Assembly: GCA_001938485.1 (NCBI GenBank)
Contig: MQRK01231804.1
Coordinates: 1 to 64,000, forward strand
Length of the DNA stretch: 64,000 nt
Direction of reading: 5' to 3'
Origin: Girardia tigrina
Lineage: Eukaryota
The translations under genes and the position numbers were made by a program. Of this stretch, positions 40,300 to 53,928 are shown one piece after another; within the stretch, counting starts at the first letter, position 1; each line of letters starts with the position of its first letter. Below the pieces are notes generated by a model, which had not been told where the DNA came from, did no database searches, and saw only the letters and a list, made by a program, of their open reading frames with translations.

Positions 40300-41412
40300 A
40301 GGTGATTTTCTAGTCGGCAATCGGTCTGGCATGGGGAAGTGGCAGGTATTTATATTGCCTGCCAAAACCTAGGACGATCTGACAGCAGTTTATATGTTAA
40401 ATTAGTGATAAACTGCCGATCTGTTGACTAGCAGCGGTAGGTGCTTACGAGGGTTATCGTCACTATTTGTTTCTATTCTTCAACCACTTGCTTTAATAAG
40501 CTGACTCTGCATGTAATAATAAGTTGAATGAGTGCTTGGAGTCTTATCGGCTTTGACTTAAAACGTATTGTTGTGAGGCACTTGTGAAGTCTTGCTGAAT
40601 CTGTGAATAATACGAATTAGTAACTTGCGCTCCGTGCGCCTAAAACCCATGACTTTTCTGCACATACAAGACTCCCTGCAGTGTGACTAGAAATAGTATC
40701 GTTGAATTCCCGGTAATCAAGCACCGGTCGGACATTTTCTTCTGCTTCTTGTACGACTTCCATAAAAGAAAGCGGCAGTCACTGCGGACTTCACACTCGA
40801 CAAGACACCCCTCATCTTCCCAACCTGCAACTCCGCCTTAATTTAAGCCTCGTATATTTTAGCCGATATATATTTGGACTGCAACAGTGTTGCACACTGG
40901 GGGCACCTGTCCTTCCTTCCAATTCCATTTTACTAACTAAGAAGACACACCGAACTTCTCGGTTAACTCCTGAACCGTGATAAGGGTGGGCTCTGGCCTT
41001 AAACCTCGTGTCACTATCTTTATCACCGGTTCATTATGCGTCCTTATTGCAGCTGGATTTGGCTTCTGTTCTAAATCCCTTCGCATTTCCTTAAGCGAAC
41101 CGGTTTTTTTCCACAAATTCCGTGACTGCCTCTCCGGGGCGGAGAGTCCAAGTTCAAAATTTATGCTATACATCTAGGGGGTCTTTGCTCTATACTTCCA
41201 GCAGGGTGACTTTCACAATCGCATAGTTCTTCTGATCGCAGCTTCTCATCCTAGTGATCACTTCGAAGACGCAACCCCCTAGCAGTATTATAATAGCTGC
41301 TGTTTTGTCCACACTGCAAATAACCGCGGTAGACGCAAATATCCGTCGCCAAATCTCAAATCATTAGTTCCCTCAAACAGGCGAACTTCATAGGTAAATT
41401 TTATTTTCGACA
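40300..41412 (-). pseudogene. Decayed gag resembling that of the 9395-13220 element
   Basis: MSKIKFTYEVRLFEGTND/EIWRRIF...IILLGGCVFEV parallels MKAISNLKKFDGLEDVESWINRF...VVLLDGPAYDT. Multiple disablements. Confidence 0.55.
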
Positions 41413-43039
41413 TGCCGATAACAACTTCTAAGAAGGTTTAGAAACATAGAAAACTATTTATAACGCAATTGTCTCTAAAATCGATTTACCTACGTAATTC
41501 ACAATATTGAAACAACTACAATTTTTAAGTCAGTACGCAATTCACAAAAAATTAGAATTTTATTACATATTTGGTTACGTTAATATTTACTAAGGAGCTT
41601 CGTAAGTATTCAAAGGGATGGTCTGCATGATATGACATCACTGCCCCTCTATTTCCATCTGATGTATTGGGTTCACTACGTTAACTTTGAAGTTTATAAA
41701 TAAATGTGATTTTTTAGTCATTCTATAGGAATAAAATTTGATTTTTTAATAATATAATTGTAGTGACCATTTCCCAGAAAAAATCGAACCCTGTTAAAAT
41801 ATTCACAAACTTAAATATTATTTAAATGTAATTCGAATTTCTTCTATTTTTTGTCTCAAAGTTATTTAACAATTACAAAATTATAACTCCAAGAAGTTTT
41901 CAAAAGAGAATATCGTGATCAATCGACCCAAGAATTTTCATACTCGAAATTGTAAATATGAGACAAGAAAAAAATACAAGAAAAAAAGCGTTGTTTAAGT
42001 GAACCGAAAAGTAAAAGATGTTGAATCACAAATTTAAAAACCACTGAAAAAATTGAACCATTAGCGAACTACCAAAAACCTCGTGTATTTGTTATTTCGC
42101 TGTCAATGAATGTTCTTATGCATTTTCTTATGCATATTCATTTGCATGTTTCTTATTTTTCGCATGTGGAAACCGCCATGGAAACTCCCACTTCAATAAT
42201 TTAAAAATATCTCATTACCTTTTGTTTATACATTCAAAAATATTATTTTTGTAGATGATTATGGATATTTTTTCTTTTAATGAAATGCGAAAATGTTTTA
42301 CTATTAAACAGTTATAATTGATTATATTTTCTTTAATTATATATTTAATTACAGTCCAAGAGATAAAAGCATCAAAAATGAATCTATTAATCAGAAAACA
42401 TCGAAAATTTCGTTGAAAAAGGAAACACTAAGTAATTTGAAATAATTATCTTTCAAAAGAGTTTTACTTTCAATGAAAGTTTAATAATTATTAAATAACA
42501 ATTTTAAATTAGTCCATTATTAGAAAATTATTCCCATATTATTTAATTTAAAAAAACATTTTTTTGAAAATTTTTCATTAGATTTTACAATTGGAAAAAA
42601 ATTAAATCAGATAATTAATAATATAAAAAATGATAAAATCTTAAAATCTCATTTACATAGAAATAAAAAAAACTGTTAAAAAATCACTTCGATTAGATTT
42701 CATCAAATTTATTTTTTACAAATTAAAAAAAATAAAAACAAAATATTTTCATTTATTTTAATTAAGTTTTTTTCTAATAAAATTTAAAATAAATTAAAAT
42801 TCTGATACATTATAAAATTTTTAAATAAAATAATTTCATAAATATTACGTAATACAATATAATATATTAAATTAAAATTATAAATTTTTTAATCAAAATA
42901 TTAAATTGATAATTTATTTTCTTTATTAAAAAAATATATTTTTGGGGAAATAAATTATTCATGTTTTTCTTTCGTTCCCAACAAACAGAAAAAAATTATT
43001 TATTTATGGATGAATTTTTTTATTCAAAGAATTTTTAAT

Positions 43040-44050
43040 TCAATTACAAATCAGGTGAATACTCCTAGAATTACCATGAAAATCAATAAAATATTAGTTT
43101 TTTACATCTGCGATGTCATTATAAGTCGTCACCTGCGTCTTAAGTGGTCCCTAATCCCATTGAACGGAAGATCCCAAACACTTTACGCCATTCCAACTGT
43201 CAGGTAAACCTGGATAACCATGAATTACTGCCACTCAAAATGTGGAAGAGACAATAAAACAGTCTGAATGAGATTCTCGTTGTGATAATTTCTGACAATA
43301 AAAAAAATTGAAATTTTTTCCACAACACTTGCGTTGCGAAATAATTCGATTATTTATTTCTTTTTCTTTTTTTTCTTTATTTTTCTTTATTATATATTAA
43401 ATTAACCTGTTTTAATTTTTTTCTAATCTTATTTGACACTAGTCCCTCACTATTTGTCAGTAGGATATTTCGTTAAAAATTATATATTTTTTTCGGATAA
43501 AGACTTCGTGTGATAAAGTGGATTTTAATTTTTTGTTTTAAACGATATTATTAAGTGGATAACGTTGTTTTGATTAATAAGAATTGACATTGTTGAAAGA
43601 GGACGCAAAAATTGTGATTGACAGAAAGACGTTCGCCGTGTTCTCAGTGTTGATAACTGTGAGAAAGGTTTTTGTACATTTCTGTTAACAATGGGCAAAA
43701 GATTTGATAAGGGTACCTTGGACGACTTGATTAAAACAAATGTCAATTAGTGAACAAATTGAAATAGGAGATCGTTGAGATAAGCATAATTTGATAAGCG
43801 CTTCTCTTCTTTCACGTGGAAAATGTTAATATTTATTTTATATTTATTTATTTTTTGGGTAGTTAAAAGGAAAACTTTACGCGATTTTTTTGTCATCCCA
43901 GATGTGCCATATTGATTTATTTGCGTAATGATTTAAATATATTTGCACATGTTCTGTTGCAATAATTTCCCATTACAGGAAAGAGAACTACTTTACTCTG
44001 ACACCACAGCTGGTTTGTTTTTATGACTTTCTATTGCAAATTGGTTTTTA
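43040..44050. promoter_or_regulatory. Motif-dense non-coding islands (candidate enhancers)
   Basis: Perfect PBX-MEIS/PREP decamer TGATTGACAG (43615-43624), TGATTTAT (~43913), E-boxes CACCTG/CACGTG/CAGCTG, TAATCC and several GATAA. Confidence 0.4.
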
Positions 44051-46479
44051 AGGATTATTTAATTATTTAATTTTAGTATTTTATGTTCAAATAATAAATA
44101 TATTTGATTTGAAAAAAATTTTGAAATAAATAATATTATCAAACATCTTTTAGCACAAATTTTAATAATTTAAATACAATTTTATAATTTTTTTAAAAAT
44201 ATTTAAAATTAAATTTTGATTTCAAAATTAATAATATAATTGAAATAGAATATATTTTAAAGTTGATAATTTCTGGAAATAATAAATTTTAACTATAATT
44301 AATTTTTAATATGATAGATTAAAATGTTTTTCTAAATTTTAAAATGAATATTATTTTAGAATAAATCGTATAAATTTAAAATTAAAAAAAAGAATTAAAA
44401 TATTTTGTAAAGAATTGTTTTTAATTTTAAAATATGTATTATTTTAGAATAAATTTTAATTGATTCAGATATTATTTTTAGGTTTCACTTTTGAGAAGTT
44501 TAATCCGAGTTAGATTGTTAAGATTAATATCGGCAAATTGATGATTTAAAGAACGTAGAAAATTAGTATGAAATAAAAATTAATATTTTGTGCAAATAAA
44601 ACATTTTTACAATTAAGAATCATAATTCAAATATCGAAAATGATATAAAAACAACTATCAAACACATTACTAAAATGTTTTACAAAATATTTAACACAAT
44701 ATAGTTTATATAATAATCTGTAAGTTCTAAGTCAGGACATACTCTAATAATGAAAAGAACAATTTTCTTCATTTTTACGTTTAATATCTTTAAAATGACT
44801 ACTGTATAATAATAGGAAGCAAAAGAAGAGAAAAAGGAAGATTATTGAAGAAGATGATGATTTGTATAAAAAATTAGCTTGCTTGATATTCCCAGAGTCG
44901 ATAAGCCAAATAAAATATGTTTCGTGATTAAATTAGATTTTTTTTCTAACACAGCCTGAGCAATGAAAATTTTAAGAACGAATTTAAATGACGAAGCCAG
45001 TGTGACGCAGACAGCCACCCCCCTTATTTATAAATGACAATATCTCAAGGTACTAACGGAATTCAGCCTGTTTATGAAAATTTCAATTTTCACAACTCTA
45101 ATAAAAATTTTCGATGTTGTATCAAACTTTCCAAGTTAAAAAAATATTAAAGAAAATATTTTTTATTTAAAAAAAGTATAAAATAATTTTGTTTAATTTT
45201 ATACAAAGTATATATTGTTAAACAAAATTTATTGTAAATTAAAAAAAAATAATTTTTTTTCAAAACATTATATCTAATTATTTAACAATATTATATTTCA
45301 AAGATAATAAAAAAATGAAAAGAAATTTGTATTTTAATTTGAATTGAGAGAAAAAAAAATCAAAGATTAAAATTTCTATTTTTTCCCCATTTTTTGTGGA
45401 ATTAGTCTAGCATAACAAGATCAGGAATGGATGAAATTTTATGGATAATAGTTTCTTTTGAATGAATTCAGGAATATTTGTCGTCCCCCTGGGAATTATA
45501 TAAATGTATATATTTTTTTTGAATTATTTGTGATCACTAACTCGGTTATAGCGAAATAGTCTTATGAAAAAATGTCTCTCAAAATTCGTATGGGAATTGT
45601 TTGATTCATATCTCATTTAATAATTGTTAGGATTTTGGTGATCTCGTAAATTTTTGAATTTTAAAAACGCAACGTCTAAAGCATTTTAGAGATATTTCAT
45701 TAAAAATATTATAATTGTAAATTAAAAAATATTTCATTGAACTTGTGGAAAACATTTTAAAAATAAAATCACATTGTATTTAATTTTATTCAATGAAGCC
45801 ACAAAATCAAATATTACAATTTAATATTTAAAATTAGGATTTAACGTTACGAAAATAAAATAGAATATATGAAATTTAATGTTTAATTATGAGTAACAAT
45901 TAAAGTAAATTTTACATTAATAAAAAATTATAATAAACTGAAAATTAAAGACGTAATAAAATTTAACAAAAAAAGTGTGACAAGTAATAAAATTATTTTT
46001 CAACTATAAACATCATTTTGTAAAATTAAAATTTATCTCGATATTCATATTTATTATTTTTATTTAGAACTGGTTTGTGCAAAATAAGAAAGTATCCCTC
46101 CTCCAAAATTTATTTAAAATAGTTAATTGTTATAAAAATAAATTTTAGTGTTATTTACTCTCATATTGATCAGGAATCTAACAATAATATATTTAAAATT
46201 TCATTTTAATTAGAAATTAATGCCAAGCAAAAAGAAAATTAAAAAAAAATATATATATAAATAAATAAATCCAGTTGACACTAATTGGCTCGATGTTTAC
46301 TTTTTCAATAAAATTTATAAAATTACAGCCCCCCTACAACACCTGTTCAAACAAATATTTTCAAAAGACAATTAATCATCTTTCCAAACGAATATCTTAT
46401 TCGATTTTATTTTATTTCTTCATCTATCCCAACAAATCTAATTATTTCCCAATCTTTGGATTTGTCAAAAAATAGGAAA

Positions 46480-49400
46480 TTCATCACCAGAAACAACTGA
46501 AAACATAATCTTTATTAGCCAGTATATCACAACATATTATTGCAATATTAACTGTGTATTTAACTAGCAATTTGTCGTCTTTGTTTCGTCTACAAAAGGC
46601 CACATTTTAATGAAGGAAATTGTACAAAATATACACGCTACCCCCTTCCTCCCCCCGTCGACTCTTCAAGAAGACCACTGGCGTCTCCAAGTAAATACAA
46701 ACATATACGTTGTAACTAGTAGCTGCATTAACCAACACACAGATACACTCTCCTACCCATCCTCCTCCTCTCCTCCCAGACATTGACTCGGCAAAAGAGA
46801 AGAAGTCATACAACAGAAAAATTAAAACTGACTGATTTATTTCCGAATTATAAAAGAACAATTGAATTAACATAGACCCAATGGTCTTTAATTTCACTGA
46901 TCATCACAAAAGGCCAGTAAAAATTAAAATTTTGTTTTGTCGCAACCTTCTCAACTACAGCTATCGTAACGTATTGCCCGGTCGCCCACTTCCCTCTCTT
47001 CAACTAACCGACACACAATCACCCGTTTTTTCCCTTTCCAGATAAAACACAAGTCAAAAGTTATAAAACTAAAAAAAAAACAACAAAATCCCGACATTTT
47101 TATATAGGGGAAAAAAAGTAAATGTTGTCGTGCTTGAATCGAAAACTAATAATTTACTTAAAATCTTATAATTTGCTACAAAAGTATAGCTGTTTTATTT
47201 GTCCATTGAGACAACAAAAACTGGTGACAGTTGTGAGGAGGACGTAGGCACGTTGGGCGAGCGGGGGTCGACTGTCCCCAAACCAACTTACAGACAAGTA
47301 ATATGCAAATACACACAATCAGAAATAAAGTTGTTTATTCAATTTGTTGTATCATCAACATGGGTTATTCTATATCATTCTTTAATACCGGGGATTATTC
47401 CCCCTCCTCGTTCTCGGCCGTCGTTCAAGTTTTGTGTAAATAATTGATGAGCTTCATTTGCATATCAGAGGAAATTTGATATGACATAATAACTGGGCAA
47501 TCGAGACGATATGCCAGAATTTTCTGCTATTTTCCATACCGATGATAAAATATACAGCCTCGACATTTCGTGTTTGTATGCTGGAAAGTTACATCCTCCT
47601 CTTACGTCACCCCTGTTAGGAATATCTAGCGACTGTTGGAAACATTTATACCCGAATATCAACATTGTATTTAAATGCAGTGGTTTATTATTTGACATTA
47701 ATAGTTAATAGTTAAAGTGTGTTACACATATCTGAGTAGAGGGAAGACTTCCAGCTTTTTTTACTTGACTCCTATTTTATTCTAATTGCACTTGAGCCAA
47801 TGTTCACAGCAGTGCCCTCATCTTCCCCTACCCGCCGTTGCAAACCTCCTCCCCTCTTTTCTCTTCTGTTTGTTGCCTGGGCTCTTTGTTCGTTGAAGCA
47901 CTAATTGGTTTCAGTTGAAGCTAAATAAATAAACGTTAATGACAGCGGGTATAATTTGAATTATTCTCTCTAATTATTCACTTGTAATTTTTAGCGCGCT
48001 TTATATTAAAAAAATAATCAGATAATTTAAACAAAGATATATATATATATAAAGATAAAATTATGAGGTTTTTAGTTTTGAATATAACGAATTAGAGCTG
48101 GGAGGATTATCGTTTTGCCATTCTTATTGCAAACGTATCTAATTAAACAAACAAAGACCGAATTAATGCAAATATTTTTCTTATTTATTGAAATATAAAT
48201 TTTACTTTTTTTTATTCAACTCGGACGACAATCTTTCCAATGATTGAATAAAAAGAAAGAATAATTATTATGTGAAATATTAATTAATGAAAAAACTTAT
48301 TGTTTTTATATTTATTATAATTATTTTTATTATTGTGATTATATTTTAATTATTATTATCAGTGGTGGATTACTACTGTCATAAGAATTAAGTATGGAAG
48401 GTTTTAATGGCTTGATTAATTATATATATATTTGATTATTTATATTTTTGAAATATTTTTAATGAAAAAAAATATTATATACATTATATTATTATATTTT
48501 AATTATTATTAATTTTAGTGGTGAATTAATTTTAAGTCTTGGAGTGTTCTTGGCTTGATTCATTATATATATTTTTTTATAATTTATATTATTTTTTTAT
48601 ATTTTTATTTATATTTAATAATGAAAAAATTATTATTATTATTATTATCATCTAAAATTAATAAAGTTTTATATTTTTATAGTCATTATTATTGCTTACT
48701 AAATTTCTAAATATCAACTCGTAAAAAATAATTACATTCATTTTTTTCTCATTGCAAGGAAATAATAAAATCGAAATATAATCCAGTTTCTTTTTTTTCT
48801 CCAACCACAAAAAGAAAAGATATTCCACATGAACCATCTGACTTTCAGGAAACAATTAAAGGCAAACAGCCATAAAAAATGAGACATGATTTCCTACAAT
48901 ATATACATAAAAGAGTAATAAATTATCTCGTGAATTTTGAGTATCAAATAAATTATTTATTAATCAGTTAATTAAAACAAAATGCAGTTTATTATAAAGA
49001 AATTCAGGTTATTTTTTTTTAATTTTTCGTTTCTTATTTTTTGTTTAAATTAATTAAATTTTGTAATACAATCCGTAATTATATAATCGTTTCGAAAATA
49101 TTTTTCTATCGTTTCTCTTTTGATGTTTTATTAATAACATCTCTAAACTGCTATTCTCACATGAGATTTGTCACCTTGACAGAATCTCCAACCATCTTTC
49201 GTTAGATGGCAGGCAGATCAGTAAAACAAAGGATGTTACCATTGAATGTTGTCGTTTCAGTAAATAAACCCAGTCCCCATAATTGCAATACCAACAATCG
49301 AGATTCGAATTTCTATTTGCGTTCTTAAAACAAAGTCTCCTCGAAAATGTTGTTGGCAAAAGATTGTTTATCAAACAACTTAGAAATTAAAACAAACAAA

Positions 49401-50380
49401 TTGACTGTTGAAAATTTTTACAATACACCGAAATGTTCAACCACCCTCCTCTTTTCAACCGGTGACAGTTGGTGACGAAATTGTAAATGTTTATTGAAAG
49501 CGTGCTAATCAAAGAATATTTTACCAATCTATCAAAAGAAATTAAAAAAAAAAGATGGCGTGTATTACTAATCTTCGTACGAAAACTGGGGGGACCCCTG
49601 TTTCATTTCTCTGACATTTAATTCGTATCAAATAAGGATTCTCTTTCATCTTATCTTGTTATTTTATCTTTACTAAAGTGTGTATTTATCTCCTTTATTT
49701 ATATTTTGGTGAGAGAATTCATTCAAACAAGATGCTTAAAATCGAGTTCGTGTGTAGAATAATTCATAACACTAATTCACTTGGCATGCCAGCTCTATAT
49801 AATCGACACCTGATTTATCTTTTTATACATTGGATTAATAATGAGGCAAAAAACAAACATCTTCTATCATATTTTGTTTTAATGAAAGGACGTGTTGATG
49901 TAGAGGATGAGGGGGGAAATACGACAAAAGTACCACGCGGTTTAATTATCATAACTGTTGTTGTTTCTTTTTTTTTGTTTGAAAAAAGAAGTATAACTTC
50001 TATAGCCATCATTAGGACCACTAGCCACAGTCGAATAATGATCAAGAGTTATTAAAATGTAATCGTGTTATATGAGATGAAAATTTTTTTTTATCCCTGC
50101 AAAGTGATGGAGAGGAATGAAAAGAGAAATTATTTCTGATATTAAATCCACTTAGAGGTAGATTTGATAATTACAATAATGATAGTCGCAGGTTTTAGGT
50201 AACAGGTTTAAGTAACAGAGGTATCCTCTGTCGAGTAATTTGGTATTAACTACTTCCTGGCTTGGCAGCACTTTAATTCAGCCTCATCTCACTGATTAGA
50301 GTGGGATAATTACTTAAATTATCGCTTCATTTCACCCCGACCATTAGTTTATGGCTGTGAAATCGATTTAATATTGATTT
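46480..50380. promoter_or_regulatory. Cluster of TE-free, GC-richer non-coding islands
   Basis: Repeated GGTGACAGTT (47223, 49461), octamer ATGCAAAT/ATTTGCAT (~47302, ~47456, ~48166), TTTTATGGC (~50347) and purine/pyrimidine tracts. Confidence 0.35.
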
Positions 50381-50611
50381 ATTTTGTCAATTAATTATTA
50401 GAATTCAGTAAAAAAACAAAATTTTTATTTTATTATTTCATTAAAAAAAATTTTTTTCTAATTGGTTTTGTTTTATTATATAAACCAGAAAAAAAGAAAT
50501 GTTTTTTAAGAGTATTAATTTAATATTTTATTTTATTTTTTTAAAATAATTTTAATAAAATTTTTAAATAAAAAATTAGTAAATAAATTAAACAAATTTG
50601 TCAAAAAATTA

Positions 50612-53178
50612 TTAGGTTGTCAGGTATGAAATTTGTAGACAACAAATTCAAATAGTTATAATTTGACAATGACTTAGCATTTTGTTGCTCAGTTTTTTTG
50701 ATTAGTTGCTATATATCTTAGCTATTGAAAACATCAATAAAAATTAATTAAAATTGTTGATAACTTGTTTTAATAATCAATATATTAAAAATGAAAAAGG
50801 CAGAAATTCTAACTATAATGAAGTAAGAGCATCAATAACCGTGCGAGACATCAATAGTGTGTTTAGATCCAACGTTACTACGCAACAGACAGTTTTTAAA
50901 TTGTTTCAGGAAATTCGTCAAAGGTAATTTTAACCCCAAGTCTCTGGGTCACCCAAGAATGCATGTAGTCATGCAGACGAACTAAATGTAACCGTGGACT
51001 TCTCTTCCATCCATCACAAATTTCTCATGATTTTCCCCTAATGTATACGTTATAAAGTAAGTAATGTTGAATCACTTGGCTGAAATTGGTAAAGTAAAAA
51101 GGTTCGATAAGTGGAATCGACATAAATTGAATGAAAAGCAGAAACAAAAGCATTTCGATGCTTACTTTATGAAGGTTTCTCGTTATAAATGTGATCACTT
51201 TTTCAATCGAGTCGTCACTTGTAAAAAAAGGTGGATCCAATATGATAATCTCAAACGTTCAACAAACTGGGCGGACAAGAATGAACCACCAAAACACCGT
51301 TAAAATCACAACAATTATCATAAAGAACTGATTGTAAATGTTTGGTAGTCTGCGAAAGATGTAATCCATTATGACTTCATGAAACCCGCTTCGTCGATCA
51401 CAGTAGATGTCTATTGCAATCAGTTGGAAGATATAATGCAGAAACTCAAAGAAAAACAATCGCATTAGGTAAACAGGTCAACTCCCATCTTGCTCCATGA
51501 CAATGCAAAACCACATACTGTATTAAAGATCTTGACAAAACTACAGGAACTTGAGTATGAACTTCAGCATCATCTTCCGTACTGATCAGACCTAGTCCCA
51601 ACTGACCACCATTTTTTTCTCAATTTCAATAACTTTTTGATAGGAAAAAAATTCAATTCTGAAGATCGCGTAAAAATGGCATTCCACGAATTTATAGATT
51701 CTCGGTCACAAAATTTTTATTCAAATTGCCAGAACAAGCTTCCGCTCAAATGGCAAAAGTATTTCGATAATATTAGGTGTACAAGTATGAAATGCGGATT
51801 AAATTTTGAAAAGAAATACGTTAAAAACAAAAGAACGATAAAAAAAGCTTTATTNAAAATATGCTCCATTACTAATGATACATTTGTCCCATCTATATCT
51901 CAAATTGTGGGTACCTCGCCAGTAAAAATCTTCCTTTTTTTCCATGAACCATTCATCGATCCATTTTTGCACATTTTCGTAAGAATCAAAGTGCTGCTGA
52001 GCAAGTGCGTGACCCATCGATGCAAACAAATGGTAATCTGAAGGAGCCAAGTCTGGTGAATAAGCCGCATGAGGTAAAANNNNNNNNNNNNNNNNNNNNN
52101 NNNNNNNNNNNNNNNNNNNNNNNNNNNNNNNNNNNNNNNNNNNNNNNNNNNNNNNNNNNNNNNNNNNNNNNNNNNNNNNNNNNNNNNNNNNNNNNNNNNN
52201 NNNNNNNNNNNNNNNNNNNNNNNNNNNNNNNNNNNNNNNNNNNNNNNNNNNNNNNNNNNNNNNNNNNNNNNNNNNNNNNNNNNNNNNNNNNNNNNNNNNN
52301 NNNNNNNNNNNNNNNNNNNNNNNNNNNNNNNNNNNNNNNNNNNNNNNNNNNNNNNNNNNNNNNNNNNNNNNNNNNNNNNNNNNNNNNNNNNNNNNNNNNN
52401 NNNNNNNNNNNNNNNNNNNNNNNNNNNNNNNNNNNNNNNNNNNNNNNNNNNNNNNNNNNNNNNNNNNNNNNNNNNNNNNNNNNNNNNNNNNNNNNNNNNN
52501 NNNNNNNNNNNNNNNNNNNNNNNNNNNNNNNNNNNNNNNNNNNNNNNNNNNNNNNNNNNNNNNNNNNNNNNNNNNNNNNNNNNNNNNNNNNNNNNNNNNN
52601 NNNNNNNNNNNNNNNNNNNNNNNNNNNNNNNNNNNNNNNNNNNNNNNNNNNNNNNNNNNNNNNNNNNNNNNNNNNNNNNNNNNNNNNNNNNNNNNNNNNN
52701 NNNNNNNNNNNNNNNNNNNNNNNNNNNNNNNNNNNNNNNNNNNNNNNNNNNNNNNNNNNNNNNNNNNNNNNNNNNNNNNNNNNNNNNNNNNNNNNNNNNN
52801 NNNNNNNNNNNNNNNNNNNNNNNNNNNNNNNNNNNNNNNNNNNNNNNNNNNNNNNNNNNNNNNNNNNNNNNNNNNNNNNNNNNNNNNNNNNNNNNNNNNN
52901 NNNNNNNNNNNNNNNNNNNNNNNNNNNNNNNNNNNNNNNNNNNNNNNNNNNNNNNNNNNNNNNNNNNNNNNNNNNNNNNNNNNNNNNNNNNNNNNNNNNN
53001 NNNNNNNNNNNNNNNNNNNNNNNNNNNNNNNNNNNNNNNNNNNNNNNNNNNNNNNNNNNNNNNNNNNNNGAAATCCGCATTTCATACTTGTACACCTAAT
53101 ATTAGTGCATACTTTGATGAATTAAATTATCAACAAACTTTGATTTTAGTTCTACAAATTTCATACTTGGTAATCTAA
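50612..53178 (+). mobile_element. Decayed mariner hosting a nested insertion
   Basis: TIRs TTAGGTTGTCAGGTATGAAATTTGTAGA / TCTACAAATTTCATACTTGGTAATCTAA with TA TSD. RVVTCKKRWIQYDN and HDNAKPH motifs. The C-terminus ..KYFDN|..AYFDE is split at 51772/53102. Confidence 0.88.
51773..53099 (-). mobile_element. Mos1-like (mauritiana subfamily) mariner nested in the older mariner; interior is an N gap
   Basis: Identical 28-bp TIRs TTAGGTGTACAAGTATGAAATGCGGATT with TA TSD. C-terminus LPHAAYSPDLAPSDYHLFASMGHALA...FYWRG. Confidence 0.9.
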
Positions 53179-53928
53179 TATTTGTTTATTTTTGTGATAA
53201 GATTTTGTTATGAAATATAATAAATTGTGAAAGAACAATAATTAAAAATAAATATATAAAATTTGTCGATTGAAATAATTTATTTATTAATGTGTGTGAA
53301 AATATTGTTTTAAATAAATGTGGAAATTGAAATTGTAACAAAAAAAGAAAAGAACTGATAACCAGAAAATTGATATTGTTTTGGTCTTTTGTTATTCATA
53401 ATGAGTTTTTTTTCAGTTTTTTTTGTTTTATTCAATCAGACTTTTTTTCAAATATAATTTTTATTTAATGAATGAAAATCTTTGAAAGGGTAATGTACAC
53501 TACTTATTCACAATTAATATTTTCTGTAGAGATATTGTTTTATCAAGTACGTCTCTCTCGTCCCTATTGTTTTATTTTGTTTGAATCATTTAGTAAATTA
53601 TGAATGATAAAATAAATTTTAAAAACCTCTAATGGATTTTGCAAATTTACTTTTACCAATTAATATGTTGAAATATTTTATTATATTTTTTTCCAAAAGA
53701 AAGAAATAAAATTGTTTTAATTAAATTTATTTATATAATCAAAATAAAACTAGTTAAAATTTATTAAAAATAAATTTATATAAATAATTTGAAAATATTT
53801 ATTTAAAAAATAGATGCTCTTTTTTTAATGATTTTTGGACAGCTGGTAAGTAAAGAAACTCAGGAATCATTACTTTTATGAATATTTGTCTTATTTAAGC
53901 ATAAATAATCACACAGATAGAGTTTGTA

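Noticed and set aside
41759-42200. TGTAGTGACCA, identical to the terminus of the 5473-6336 LTR
   Set aside because: The match stops after 11 bp; no matching end or TSD.
49164-49188. Small hairpin GAGATTTGTCA-CCT-TGACAGAATCTC
   Set aside because: Too short for a miRNA precursor; more simply paired TGACA sites or chance.
46275-50055. Short ORFs (65-125 aa) in the putative regulatory zone, and an isolated 3' splice-like site at 47004-47041
   Set aside because: No domain-like features, mostly non-ATG starts and AT-biased residues, and no coherent exon chain.
51850-53099. Long ORFs of 364-411 aa in the ORF track
   Set aside because: Artefacts of translating through the N gap; only the mariner C-terminus is real.
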